A stretch of 39,576 nt of DNA, taken from positions 1 to 39,576 of the forward strand of contig CAXGZM010000003.1 of the NCBI GenBank assembly GCA_964014165.1, in the 5' to 3' direction. The notes beneath the pieces are model-generated. The model did not search any database. It had not been told where the DNA came from and saw only the letters and a program-made list of their open reading frames with translations. This document shows positions 18,666-28,261 of this stretch, in pieces. This stretch comes from an uncultured euryarchaeote (GTDB taxonomy: Archaea; Thermoplasmatota; Poseidoniia; Poseidoniales; Poseidoniaceae). The position numbers and the translations under genes are program-made. Positions within the stretch are counted from its first letter, which is position 1; every line of letters starts with the position of its first letter.

Positions 18666-19610
18666 TCAAAGGCCCTTGACGAGCATGCTCATGTCGAGCG
18701 GAGCAACGCCGCGGTTGATCACGCTGGTGGACACGACGTCCAGACCGCACTCGTGCCACGATTTGAGGTCGTCAAACACGATGCCGCCGCTGGCCTCGAG
18801 GACCACGTGCTCGCGAACGCCTTGGTCTTCCATCTGTTCGCTGATGGTTTTGCACTCTTCGGGCGTGAAATTGTCAAGCATGATGACCAAGCGGTCAACG
18901 CCCTCTTCGGTGCGGCGTTGGGACCACACCATCGCCGCCATCACGGCTTCTTTTTCCGTTCGGGTTTCAACCTCCAAGAACGCACCCACGTCGGCAACGT
19001 CCACGTGTTGAAGGTACGTGACCAGACGTTCCACGTGCGTTTCCAATTCCTCGTGCATGCTTGCGAGGTCGTTTTCTTTGATCATCACGGCATCGTCCTT
19101 GGAAAGCCGGTGGGTCAAGCCTCCGCCCATATGGACGGCCCACTTGTCCAACAGCCCCCACACGGTTTTGCGGGTGCATGCGATCTGCTTGGGTGCAATG
19201 GCCGACCATCGTTTGGCTTCCGTTGCAATGCCCGAGAGTTGGCCCAAGGCATTGAGCGCCAAACGCTCCACGGCCAGGACATCGTCTCGAGCCCCGCTGA
19301 ACACGGCGATTTCATCACCGGAGGACACGCGCTTTCCGTCGCCGGCAAACCACGAAACGCGGACCGACGGTGCCCAAATTTGGAGAATGTAATCCACCAC
19401 GGCGCACCCGACGATCAACCCGTCTTGACGGGCAAAAACCGTGGCTTCAATCGACGGTCCAGACCCAGAAAGGGGCATGTCAATGCCGTCGTCGCCCACC
19501 ATGGCACTGACCCAGCGGTCAATGCTGCCGATCAACTTCCGGCTGGCGCCGTCTTCCATGGTCCACAGTTCATGCCCACGGTCGTGAGGCAGGAGCGGTG
19601 CATCGGCCAT
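18666..19610 (-). CDS. nadC: Nicotinate-nucleotide diphosphorylase (quinolinate phosphoribosyltransferase)
   Basis: ERLALN, SGIAT, CTRKT, HRL, IKEN, IMLDN and EASGGI. The start may be 19625 instead. Confidence 0.92.
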   Translation of the reverse strand: MADAPLLPHDRGHELWTMEDGASRKLIGSIDRWVSAMVGDDGIDMPLSGSGPSIEATVFARQDGLIVGCAVVDYILQIWAPSVRVSWFAGDGKRVSSGDEIAVFSGARDDVLAVERLALNALGQLSGIATEAKRWSAIAPKQIACTRKTVWGLLDKWAVHMGGGLTHRLSKDDAVMIKENDLASMHEELETHVERLVTYLQHVDVADVGAFLEVETRTEKEAVMAAMVWSQRRTEEGVDRLVIMLDNFTPEECKTISEQMEDQGVREHVVLEASGGIVFDDLKSWHECGLDVVSTSVINRGVAPLDMSMLVKGL

Positions 19611-19686
19611 GAAGGGCTGGAGCATGGATGACCACTTGAAGCCACCCCTTCCAACGACCTTTTCATTCGCAACCCCTCGCCGCCTT

Positions 19687-20772
19687 ATGGTTCGAGTGAC
19701 GGTCGTCGGCGCAGGCATCGCCGGGCTGACCACCGCACTCTACGCCGTAACGGCCGGCCACCACGTGGTGGTGCTGGATCGAACCGACCGAATCGGCGGC
19801 CGGGCGACCTCGCAAACCGTGGACGGCGCCCCCTTCGGCTACGGGCTGCATCTTCTCATGAAGCGGGGTCCGCTGATGAAGGTCGTGAAGAAGATCAGCC
19901 GCCTCCCCGTCGTGCTTGCCAGCCCACGAATGGACCGCCTCCACGTGGTCGGTGTTGGTCCGCTTCGCCCTCGAAACAACGTCCGTTTAGCCGCAGAACT
20001 CCGCCGCGAATTGAAGCGGGCAGACGGGGCTTCCACCGCGGCTGCTGCTGCCGCCTTGCTGGCAGGCTCGGGCGTTCCGAAGTTTGACGAACGGTACACG
20101 GCGCTCCAGAAACATCGGTTGGCCGTGGTGGGTGAAGGCTGGGCCGGCTTGGTCGGAAGAATGGCATCGGCCCTTGACGAAGTCGGTGTTCTCATCGAGG
20201 CCAATTGCAAGGTCAAAGCCGTGAACGGAGGGAACGTTTCGCTTGAAGACGGCCGCACGTTTGAGAGCGATGTCGTGGTTCTCGCCTGCGGCTACACGCA
20301 AGCAAAACGGTTGCTTCATTCCGTGGACGAACGGGCGCTCGAAGCGGTCCAACCCGTTCGCGCCAGCACCCTTGACGTCACCCTCTCGGCTCGACCGCTG
20401 GGCAATCTTCACGGCATTGTGGAGCCCGACGAAGGGGCTTACCTGCTCGATGTGGCGAACATCCAACCGAAATTGGGCCTTGACGGCGCTTTTCTCTCCG
20501 CTGTCATGGTTGAACGGGAAGGCGAATCGAAGGACGATCGCCTCCAGCGTTTGGAGCACGTGGTCGACCGTCACGCCAAAGGCTGGGCCAACCACGTGCT
20601 TCACGAACGTCGTCAACGCGACATCCTTGTGCAAACCGTCGGGTCCAAACCCGCGTACGACGCCTATGTCGAGAAAGGCATCCTGCTCGCAGGCGAATGG
20701 GTGAATTCCGAACATTCGCTGGCGGATGCCGCTGCGGCCACGGGGCGGTTGTGCGGACAAAACATCCGTTGA
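19687..20772 (+). CDS. FAD-dependent oxidoreductase (amine oxidase/phytoene dehydrogenase-like)
   Basis: VVGAGIAGL...DRIGGRA dinucleotide-binding motif and C-terminal LAGEW...LADAA..TG. Confidence 0.85.
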   Translation: MVRVTVVGAGIAGLTTALYAVTAGHHVVVLDRTDRIGGRATSQTVDGAPFGYGLHLLMKRGPLMKVVKKISRLPVVLASPRMDRLHVVGVGPLRPRNNVRLAAELRRELKRADGASTAAAAAALLAGSGVPKFDERYTALQKHRLAVVGEGWAGLVGRMASALDEVGVLIEANCKVKAVNGGNVSLEDGRTFESDVVVLACGYTQAKRLLHSVDERALEAVQPVRASTLDVTLSARPLGNLHGIVEPDEGAYLLDVANIQPKLGLDGAFLSAVMVEREGESKDDRLQRLEHVVDRHAKGWANHVLHERRQRDILVQTVGSKPAYDAYVEKGILLAGEWVNSEHSLADAAAATGRLCGQNIR

Positions 20773-20805
20773 ACCCTTATTCACCGCCGCAAACGACAGG
20801 CACCC

Positions 20806-21585
20806 ATGCGCTTTGTTTCTTGGAACGTGAACGGTCTTCGAGCTGCCATTCGCAAGGGCATTGACGCATATTTTGAGGAACTCAACGCCGACGTCGTGAT
20901 GCTTCAGGAAACCCGCACCCTGGAAGAACAACTCCCCAAGGGATGGTCGTGGCCCATCGGGTGGCAGGTTACGCTGCACCCTGCCGAAAAGAAAGGGTAT
21001 TCCGGGGTGGCCACGGGAACCACGCACGCTCACACGGTTCTCCAAACCGGGAAAGGAGGGGAGCTCGACCCGTCCGACCTTGAGGGACGCGTGTTGGTGA
21101 CCGAAGTCAACGGCGTGGTGTGCATCAACACCTACCTCCCCAGCGGTTCAAACAAGGACGAACGGCAGCGCTTCAAGGAAGGGTGGATGGAGGAATGGAG
21201 GTCGTTTATTCGGCCTTTCCTTAGCGATGAACGACCGGTCGTGGTGTGCGGGGATTTGAACATCGCTCACACGGAAGACGACATATGGAATCCAAAAGGC
21301 AACGCCAAGAGTTCAGGCTTTCTTCCCCACGAACGTTCCTGGTTCACCGATCTGCTGAACGACGGCTGGATGGATGCATTCCGTGCCAAGGCAGGTCCGG
21401 GCGAAAAAGTGTACTCGTGGTGGTCAAACCGAGGCCAGGCCCGAGCCAAAGACCGTGGCTGGCGCATCGACTACTTCCTGCTCAATCCAGTGGCAGCAGC
21501 GGGACTGGAAGACTGCACCATCGTTCGCCAGGGCGGCATCGATGTTTCCGACCATGCACCCGTGGTCCTCGATCTGAACCTCTAG
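20806..21585 (+). CDS. xth: Exodeoxyribonuclease III (AP endonuclease)
   Basis: SWNVNGLRA, LQET, GYSGVA, EGR, GDLNIAH, GWRIDY and SDHAP. Confidence 0.97.
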   Translation: MRFVSWNVNGLRAAIRKGIDAYFEELNADVVMLQETRTLEEQLPKGWSWPIGWQVTLHPAEKKGYSGVATGTTHAHTVLQTGKGGELDPSDLEGRVLVTEVNGVVCINTYLPSGSNKDERQRFKEGWMEEWRSFIRPFLSDERPVVVCGDLNIAHTEDDIWNPKGNAKSSGFLPHERSWFTDLLNDGWMDAFRAKAGPGEKVYSWWSNRGQARAKDRGWRIDYFLLNPVAAAGLEDCTIVRQGGIDVSDHAPVVLDLNL

Positions 21586-21941
21586 TCGTCCAGCCGCCCA
21601 AACCGGTGTCGCACCTTGGACACCATCCAGTAAACGCCGTCGCGCAACGGAAGCGGCACGAGCCAGGCCAACGGGTACCACATGGCGTAGTACCAACGCA
21701 TGGACAGCAGCAAGCGAATGGCGCCGGCGGAGCGAGCATAGGGCACCCCGTCTCGTACCACGTAGACGGTGTCCATGGCTTGCAATCGTGCGGGAAAGGT
21801 GGCAATGAGGGCTTGCCCCTCGTCGGTGTCAATGCCGTGGATCTCGAGTTGAGCGGAAGGTTTGGCCCTTTTTCGGAGGAAGCGAGCCAGCCCGTTACAC
21901 ATGACGCAGTGGGCATCGATGAGCACCGTGGTTTGGACCAT
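21582..21941 (-). CDS. DCC family thiol-disulfide oxidoreductase (DUF393)
   Basis: DxxCxxC (DAHCVMC), RSAGA and VPLPLRD.VY..V...RHRFG. Confidence 0.88.
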   Translation of the reverse strand: MVQTTVLIDAHCVMCNGLARFLRKRAKPSAQLEIHGIDTDEGQALIATFPARLQAMDTVYVVRDGVPYARSAGAIRLLLSMRWYYAMWYPLAWLVPLPLRDGVYWMVSKVRHRFGRLDD

Positions 21942-21945
21942 GCCT

Positions 21946-22173
21946 TCACCCGTTGTGTGTTTCTTCCAGAGCGCTGAACGCCACGAGGAGTTCGTCCACG
22001 CGGTCTCGAAGCGCCTGCAAGTCGCTGTCATCCACTTTGACGGTCAACGTCGCCTGACCGTCGTTGATGTCCAACCCGACCTCGTGCCCGTGCTGCTTGG
22101 CGACTTCCGCCATGGCACTTCCCAGCGAACCGTCACCCGACCAACGCACCTCCATGACGTGCATCTCGGTCAT
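21946..22173 (-). CDS. KEOPS subunit Pcc1-like small protein
   Basis: 75 aa. The C-terminal LTVKVDDSDLQALRDRVDELL matches the Pcc1 pattern (strand, then DL..LR..V...L). Confidence 0.55.
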   Translation of the reverse strand: MTEMHVMEVRWSGDGSLGSAMAEVAKQHGHEVGLDINDGQATLTVKVDDSDLQALRDRVDELLVAFSALEETHNG

Positions 22174-22222
22174 GATGAGGGCTTGAGGTGGGCTGATATG
22201 AGACTAACCATCCGGTCAACGC

Positions 22223-23602
22223 ATGGCACAGCCCCTCGATGACCCGTTCGTCGTGGCGGGCAGCGGCGGTGTGGTACTCGGAGAGGCACGGACCAACCAC
22301 GAAGGGCGGAAAGCACTCCTCTTGGTCAGGGGCACGGAGGACACGTCCGAACTTCGTGCCTTGGCCGAAACCATGGGCATCACCATCGTTGAAACGGTGC
22401 TGCAGTCGGGCCACGTCGATCCTCGTACTTACCTGGGCAAAGGGCGATTGGAAGACATTGCCGACGAGCGCAAGAGCACGCTTCCAGGCCATCCGTGGGA
22501 GGGGGTGGACCTGGCGATCATTCACACCAACGCCACGCCGCGACAACTCGTGGGCGTCAGCCAAGCCTTGGGCGTCGAGATCTGGGACCGAGTTCGACTT
22601 CTGCTCGCCCTGTTCACCGCCCACGCATCTTCGGTCGAAGCCAGAACGCAGGTTCGCATTGCTCAACTGCAGTCCGACCGTACCATTCTCAGGGAACTGG
22701 CCCAGCAGCAAACCACGGGCGAGCGCGCCGGGTACGGTGGTGGCGGTGTGACCGCCCTTCAGAACGTCATCTCCAACCTCAACCGAGAATTGACCAACCT
22801 TCGCCGCCGGCAGAAGAAGCACGCCAATGCACAACGGGAGCATCGTCGCCAACGGGTTCGCAGCGGGGCGATGACGGTGGGTTTTGTGGGCTACACCAAC
22901 GCGGGAAAGTCGTCACTGTTCCAACATTTATCGGGCAAAACGGTGCTCGTTGAGGACCAATTGTTCTCCACGCTGGAGACCACGGTGGGCAGGATGGAGA
23001 AAAGCCCGAGAATTCTTCTGGCTGACACCATTGGGTTTATTGATAACATACCAAACGCCACACTAGCAGCATTTAAAGCAACCATTGCTGAAGCAATAGA
23101 TGCTGATTTAACGTTGATTTTACTCGACACGTCCGACTCACTCCCCGAGGCACAACGAAAACTCGAGACGACGCGGCGAGAGGTGCTGGAGCGCCAAGAT
23201 CACGAAGCCGACGGCCTCGATGAGGTGCAAACCCCGCACGTGGTGTTGACCAAAGTCGATGCAACGACGGCTCAGCAACAACGCGCGGTCAGCGACTTGG
23301 TGATGGAACAAGGCTTTCCCGAGCCCGTGGCCATCTCCTCGCTGACGGGTGAAGGCATCGACAAGCTCCAACATTTCATCCGAGAGCAGTTGTTTGGTGC
23401 CCCGGTGTTCATGCACGTCCATCCGCCCACAACCGCCTCCGCAGACGCCAGCGAACGGATCATTTCGTCCATCTACGACCAAGGCATGGTCGAGAGCGTC
23501 GATCGCCTCGAGGGCGGCACCGTGGTGCTCAACGTGTGGATGACAGCGGCCTGCCAGGCTCAACTGCTGGCACGCTGGGGCGCTCGCATTGACATCAAGT
23601 AG
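22223..23602 (+). CDS. hflX: GTPase HflX
   Basis: YLGKGRL, WDR..L.L..F..HA.S.EA, G1 GYTNAGKS, G2 LFSTL, G3 DTIGFI, G4 TKVD and ISSLTGEG. Confidence 0.95.
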   Translation: MAQPLDDPFVVAGSGGVVLGEARTNHEGRKALLLVRGTEDTSELRALAETMGITIVETVLQSGHVDPRTYLGKGRLEDIADERKSTLPGHPWEGVDLAIIHTNATPRQLVGVSQALGVEIWDRVRLLLALFTAHASSVEARTQVRIAQLQSDRTILRELAQQQTTGERAGYGGGGVTALQNVISNLNRELTNLRRRQKKHANAQREHRRQRVRSGAMTVGFVGYTNAGKSSLFQHLSGKTVLVEDQLFSTLETTVGRMEKSPRILLADTIGFIDNIPNATLAAFKATIAEAIDADLTLILLDTSDSLPEAQRKLETTRREVLERQDHEADGLDEVQTPHVVLTKVDATTAQQQRAVSDLVMEQGFPEPVAISSLTGEGIDKLQHFIREQLFGAPVFMHVHPPTTASADASERIISSIYDQGMVESVDRLEGGTVVLNVWMTAACQAQLLARWGARIDIK

Positions 23603-23623
23603 GGCGCACGCTTCCGATGCATC

Positions 23624-24505
23624 ATGTCGGAGCAGACGGGAGAGGAGCCCACCTATCTCGACGACATGGTGGACGAGAACCCGGTCCTCTTTGCCTCCTC
23701 CGAAACGGTGTTGACCATCGAAGACCCCAATTTGCACCCGATGGGCAAAGCAACGGCAATTTTCTTGTTTTTCACCTGCATGCTCGGTTTTCTCAACGGC
23801 TTGGACTACGCCTCGCCCGACGACGGATTGGTCCGGCCCGACGAATTTGTCTATCGCCTTGCACTCACGGCACCCGACGACACCGCCACGTTCACCGGTA
23901 GCGTCGTCGACGCTCGCGGCAACCCGATGGTCAACGCCACCGTGTACCTCTCGTGGCTCGAGGATGCAACCGGGATGTGGGTTTCAGAAGAGAACCTCAC
24001 CGACGAGGCCGGTGCGTTTGGTTTTGAGCAACTCGATCCCGGGCTGATTCGGGTTGACATCATCGTCGAACGAGACGACCATCGTGACGTGTTTTCCAAT
24101 CGCGTGCTTCTCTCACCCCCCGCACTGATTGAACCGATTGGCTTCACGGCCATTGATTTTGAATTCCCGTCCCCCGAGGCCTTTGCGCAGCAGCCTTGCG
24201 GCGGCAACGTCTCAGAGTGTGAAATCCGAACCATCGACCGCACGCCATCACAGATGGATCATCCGCTGATGGACCCGAGCGCTGCGACCGGCTACGTGCT
24301 GGTGGGCTTTGCCTTCATGGGGCTGGCGCTGATCGCCGCAGGCTTTTCGCTGTGGGCGCTGAAAGCCGGCTCTGTGGTGTTGCTTCGAACGTCGTCCGTG
24401 TTGGCCTTTTTCACGATGGGGCACTACTACTCGGCTTGCATTTTCGGCCTCGTGGCGTTCGTGTTGAGCTTCGCCATCCCTCGCCGCCAAATTCCGTTGC
24501 AGTAG
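23624..24505 (+). CDS. Membrane protein with a carboxypeptidase-regulatory-like (transthyretin-fold) extracellular domain
   Basis: N-terminal TM; GSVVDARGNP..NATV...TDEAGAF.F..L.PG; C-terminal TM segments. Confidence 0.75.
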   Translation: MSEQTGEEPTYLDDMVDENPVLFASSETVLTIEDPNLHPMGKATAIFLFFTCMLGFLNGLDYASPDDGLVRPDEFVYRLALTAPDDTATFTGSVVDARGNPMVNATVYLSWLEDATGMWVSEENLTDEAGAFGFEQLDPGLIRVDIIVERDDHRDVFSNRVLLSPPALIEPIGFTAIDFEFPSPEAFAQQPCGGNVSECEIRTIDRTPSQMDHPLMDPSAATGYVLVGFAFMGLALIAAGFSLWALKAGSVVLLRTSSVLAFFTMGHYYSACIFGLVAFVLSFAIPRRQIPLQ

Positions 24506-24511
24506 CGCCGC

Positions 24512-24979
24512 TCACGCATCCGGTGTTGCCGGCATCGACGAATGGTGCACGTTGATGCGCACAGCACCCGCGTCGTCCTGAACATAACCAAAGGTGTACT
24601 CCACCTTCACTTCATCGCCTTCGGGCGACGTGAAGAAGTAGTTGCCCATGGCGATCGCCATCGTTTCACGAAGGACGGTTCCAGCATTCTCAAACCGCAC
24701 CTTGGTCCACCCTTTGATGGCGAACCCTTTGTCTTCCGGGCAAGCCTCGTTGGAGGCAACAAAGTACGAGAGCGCTTGGTCAAAGGTTGGACGGAACTGC
24801 TCAACAGCGGCCAGCGTGGGCTTGAACAGCACGTCGCTGATGCCGTAAGCGTAGAGGGTTTCCACGTGGCTTCGAGCACGTTCAACGTAGTCCTCACCGT
24901 TCTGGTGTGCGGTGGCGATGGCCACGATCCCCTCGCCCCACGCCTGTTGCGCTTTCTCGATGTCATGGTGCGTCATCAT
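24512..24979 (-). CDS. COG4337-like NTF2/SnoaL-fold protein, putative iota-type carbonic anhydrase
   Basis: AQ.AWG.GI, LY.Y, VLFKPT, ALSYF, EDKGFA, AMGNY.F, KVEYTFGY and the C-terminal HHSS.P signature. Confidence 0.75.
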   Translation of the reverse strand: MMTHHDIEKAQQAWGEGIVAIATAHQNGEDYVERARSHVETLYAYGISDVLFKPTLAAVEQFRPTFDQALSYFVASNEACPEDKGFAIKGWTKVRFENAGTVLRETMAIAMGNYFFTSPEGDEVKVEYTFGYVQDDAGAVRINVHHSSMPATPDA

Positions 24980-25114
24980 GGTTGATTCATCCTCAACGGC
25001 CGTCGTTGCCGAGAGCCTTTCTTTTTTGCTCGGTTGGTGAAGGCGACATCAAACCGCAACGAAGTTGACGCGTCGGAGCGACCCACTTATGGTGGTGAGC
25101 GCCATCATCGGCCC

Positions 25115-26188
25115 ATGGACCTGAACGGTGCGACGTGGATGGTTCGTCATTTGGACGAACCCGTCTCCACCGTTCACCTCGACGAACACCAGGGCGTGTT
25201 CGCAGGGGGTTGGGACGGACGCCTCACGCACTGGGACCAGGCCGGTGAACACGTTTGGACGTCCCAAACCAACGATCGCATCAGCGCCCTTGCGCTCAAC
25301 GAAACCACGGTGGTGGTCGCCAGCGGCTTGCACGTCGTTGCCCTTGACCGAGCCACGGGCGAGGAGCGGTGGTCAGCTGCGTTGGAAGGAAGCGCTGACG
25401 CCGTCGTATGGTGGCAGGGCGATGTCGTCGCCGTTTCGTCCGTGTACGATATTGAACACAACGACTTCATCGAGTCAGCGATTTGGCGGTTTTCAGCCGA
25501 CGGCTCCCTTCAGTGGGTGGAACGAATGGACGAGCGTCCGTGGACGCTGATCGAGGTGGACGACCGCCTCCTTGCGGGCCTTGGTCGACCTCGATGCGGG
25601 CATCTCGACGTGTCGGGCTCTCCCCCGTTCACGCACGTCCTACCCCCCTCCTCTTCACCGACCACCTGCGGCACGGGAGGGCGTACCCAAGGGCTCTTCG
25701 GGCAGACCGACGGAAACGTAGTCTCTCACGAGGGGGCAATTTTGTCGACCGAGGCGGGCGCCGTTGAGCACCTCACCTGCATGGTGAAAGGCTACGTGGC
25801 GACGACGGATGCTGGACTGGCCGTGGGCCGTACGGAAACCGGCGAGCAGTGTTGGTCTTCGGACGGTGCCCCGGTGTCAGCCCAAACCGAGGCCATGGAG
25901 CACGAGGGTGCATCCTTGCTTTGGTTGGCTCGTGATGAAGGCACGGGGAGCAGCGTCCGAGTATGGGCGACCAATCGCGGAGGCATGATGGCCGACGGCT
26001 CCTTTTCCAAAGTCCGGTCCATGCACGGGACCCATGAACGCATCGTCATCGGGTGCGAGGACGGCAGCCTTCACGTGTGGGAGCGCGAGATGCTCCACCG
26101 CCGTCTGAGCAGTGGCGCACCGCCGGCGGAAGAAGTCGACGAACGCACGTCGGCCCTTCAGGCAAAACTTCGGGCACTTCGCCGCTGA
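25115..26188 (+). CDS. PQQ-like/WD40 beta-propeller protein
   Basis: GGWDGRL, ALDRATGEERW and GCEDGSLHVW repeats; short C-terminal helix LQAKLRALRR. Confidence 0.8.
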   Translation: MDLNGATWMVRHLDEPVSTVHLDEHQGVFAGGWDGRLTHWDQAGEHVWTSQTNDRISALALNETTVVVASGLHVVALDRATGEERWSAALEGSADAVVWWQGDVVAVSSVYDIEHNDFIESAIWRFSADGSLQWVERMDERPWTLIEVDDRLLAGLGRPRCGHLDVSGSPPFTHVLPPSSSPTTCGTGGRTQGLFGQTDGNVVSHEGAILSTEAGAVEHLTCMVKGYVATTDAGLAVGRTETGEQCWSSDGAPVSAQTEAMEHEGASLLWLARDEGTGSSVRVWATNRGGMMADGSFSKVRSMHGTHERIVIGCEDGSLHVWEREMLHRRLSSGAPPAEEVDERTSALQAKLRALRR

Positions 26189-26189
26189 C

Positions 26190-27791
26190 TCATCCCTGCT
26201 TGGGGCCTGTCATTTGCTCGGGGCGCACCCACTCGTCGAATTCCTCGTTGGTCAGGTAGCCGAGCTCCAGCGCAGAGGCCCGCAGGGTCGTTCCCTTCTC
26301 GTGGGCGTTCTTGGCGATCTTGGCGGCTTTGTCGTAGCCGATGTGATTGTTGAGGGCGGTGACCAGCATCAACGAATTCTCGAGGTGGGACTGGATGTTG
26401 TCTTCCACGGCCACCAACCCTTCCACGCAGCGCGTTCGGAACGTGCGGCACGCATCGGTGAGCAGGTCCACGGAGTGAAGGAAGTTGTGAATCATCAGCG
26501 GCTTGAAGACGTTCAACTCAAAGTTGCCCTGGCTTCCGCCCACGGTAATGGCGGTGTGATTCCCCATGACCTGACAGCACACCATCGTCATCGCTTCCGA
26601 CTGGGTCGGGTTGACCTTCCCCGGCATGATGGAGGAGCCCGGTTCGTTGGCGGGCAGCGCCAGTTCGCCCAAACCGCAACGAGGCCCCGAGCCGAGCCAC
26701 CTGATGTCGTTGGCGATTTTCATCAGCGAGGCCGCCAGCGTGTTGAGTGCACCCGAGGCGGCCACGATGGCATCGTGAGCGGCCAGTTGGGCAAATTTGT
26801 TCTCGGCCGAACAGAAGGTCAGGCCGGTGATGTTGGCGATTTCATCGGCGACCATCTGGGCGAAGAGCGGATGTGCGTTGAGGCCCGTGCCCACAGCGGT
26901 ACCGCCCAGCGCAAGTTCGAACAAATCGTCCAGTGCAAAATCCAATCGGCGAAGGTCGGCGTCGAGTTGGGCGACCCAGCCCGAGGCTTCCTGCCCGAGG
27001 GTCAGCGGAACGGCGTCCATCAGGTGCGTACGACCGATCTTGACGATGTCAGCCCACTCGACGGCTTTGGCGTGAAGGGCGTCGCGCAGGGCGCGAACGC
27101 TCGGCAGGAGGCGATGGGTGAAGGCTTCGGCCGCGGCGATGTGCATGGCCGTGGGAAAGGTGTCGTTGGAGGATTGCGCTCGGTTGACGTGGTCGTTGGG
27201 GTGGACGGGTGTCTTGGAGCCCAGCACGCCACCGGCGAGCTCGATGGCCCGGTTGGCGATGACCTCGTTCGTGTTCATGTTGGACTGCGTCCCGCTTCCG
27301 GTCTGCCACACTCGGAGAGGGAAGTGGTCGTTGAGGTGACCGTCAATGACGTCCTGCGCAGCGGCGATGACGAGGTCGCCCACTTCAGGGTCGAGTTGCT
27401 TGAGGGCCACGTTGGTCTTCGCCGCAGCCTGCTTGAGAATACCAAATCCACGAATCACGCCCAGCGGCATGGTGTCGTGACCGATGTCGAAATTGAGCAA
27501 CGATCGGGCGGTTTGGCAACCGTAGTAGCGGTCGGCGGGGACCTCAAGTTCACCCATCGTGTCGGACTCGATGCGGACTTCGCCTTCCGGTGCTTCCGCT
27601 CGCAGGGACTGCGCTGGTGGAGCAGCCACGGCAGGCGATTGACCTTCGAGCCCCTGCTGAATCAGGCGAGCGATGGTGGCGGAGCGACCGTCAGCACGGC
27701 CTTTGCCGACTTTTCGGTCCAGCTTTTTCGCAAGGTCTTCGGGGATGCTGATGCTCATGATTCGGCGGTCGCCGGCGCGATGTTTGGCCAT
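26190..27791 (-). CDS. fumC: Class II fumarate hydratase with an N-terminal ribbon-helix-helix domain
   Basis: [47 protein letters not shown] and [11 protein letters not shown]. About 70 extra N-terminal residues are in frame. Confidence 0.96.
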   Translation of the reverse strand: MAKHRAGDRRIMSISIPEDLAKKLDRKVGKGRADGRSATIARLIQQGLEGQSPAVAAPPAQSLRAEAPEGEVRIESDTMGELEVPADRYYGCQTARSLLNFDIGHDTMPLGVIRGFGILKQAAAKTNVALKQLDPEVGDLVIAAAQDVIDGHLNDHFPLRVWQTGSGTQSNMNTNEVIANRAIELAGGVLGSKTPVHPNDHVNRAQSSNDTFPTAMHIAAAEAFTHRLLPSVRALRDALHAKAVEWADIVKIGRTHLMDAVPLTLGQEASGWVAQLDADLRRLDFALDDLFELALGGTAVGTGLNAHPLFAQMVADEIANITGLTFCSAENKFAQLAAHDAIVAASGALNTLAASLMKIANDIRWLGSGPRCGLGELALPANEPGSSIMPGKVNPTQSEAMTMVCCQVMGNHTAITVGGSQGNFELNVFKPLMIHNFLHSVDLLTDACRTFRTRCVEGLVAVEDNIQSHLENSLMLVTALNNHIGYDKAAKIAKNAHEKGTTLRASALELGYLTNEEFDEWVRPEQMTGPKQG

Positions 27792-27812
27792 GCTTCCAAG
27801 CCCGTAAAGGCG

Positions 27813-27834
27813 TTTAATAAATATGATTGAATCA
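27813..27834 (-). promoter_or_regulatory. fumC promoter: TATA box plus an adjacent 11-bp palindrome
   Basis: Minus-strand TATA-like ATTTATTAAA at 27822-27813, lying 22-31 nt upstream of the ATG. TGATT-G-AATCA at 27824-27834 occupies the BRE position. Confidence 0.6.
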
Positions 27835-27894
27835 AGACGAGAACACCAATCGCGCTCGAAAAAATTTTTCAAATTCATTCATACAGCATTCGCC

Positions 27895-28212
27895 ATGGAA
27901 AGGAAATCGTCGTGGTGGGAGCTGCTCCCATCCCTTTTCATTGTCTATCTCGGGATCAACGTCATCATCGAAATGACTCAACGCGCGCAGTATTTTTCAC
28001 AAGGCGGAGGCATTTTCCTTACCATCTTCTTCTGCTGTGGTGGGGCTGCTGGCTTCCTCACGGGAGGGTACATGATCTTCTACGGGTTTCGGTGGGCGAG
28101 AAAGGTCCTTCGTGGAGAACACACGGGCGCTGAATTTAATCTCAAGTTTACAGCGACGGTGGACAACGAAGATGAGGATCCGTATTCTACGCGTACGTCG
28201 GACGAACCCTAG
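27895..28212 (+). CDS. Hypothetical membrane protein (2 TM), lower GC
   Basis: Start MERKSSWW with TTTTCAAA at about -29; two hydrophobic helices. Confidence 0.6.
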   Translation: MERKSSWWELLPSLFIVYLGINVIIEMTQRAQYFSQGGGIFLTIFFCCGGAAGFLTGGYMIFYGFRWARKVLRGEHTGAEFNLKFTATVDNEDEDPYSTRTSDEP

Positions 28213-28261
28213 ATCCAATTCTGCAGAGGCCCCAAGAAGCAGCCGCCGACGCTCGTTCAAA

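Noticed and set aside
18198-19631. 477-aa plus-strand ORF
   Set aside because: Antisense to nadC and the phosphopantothenate synthetase; no motifs.
24994-25033. Short inverted repeats with a T-run as an intrinsic terminator
   Set aside because: They lie between divergent start codons where no transcript ends, and the stems are only 5 bp.
26112-27830. 572-aa plus-strand ORF
   Set aside because: Antisense shadow of fumC.
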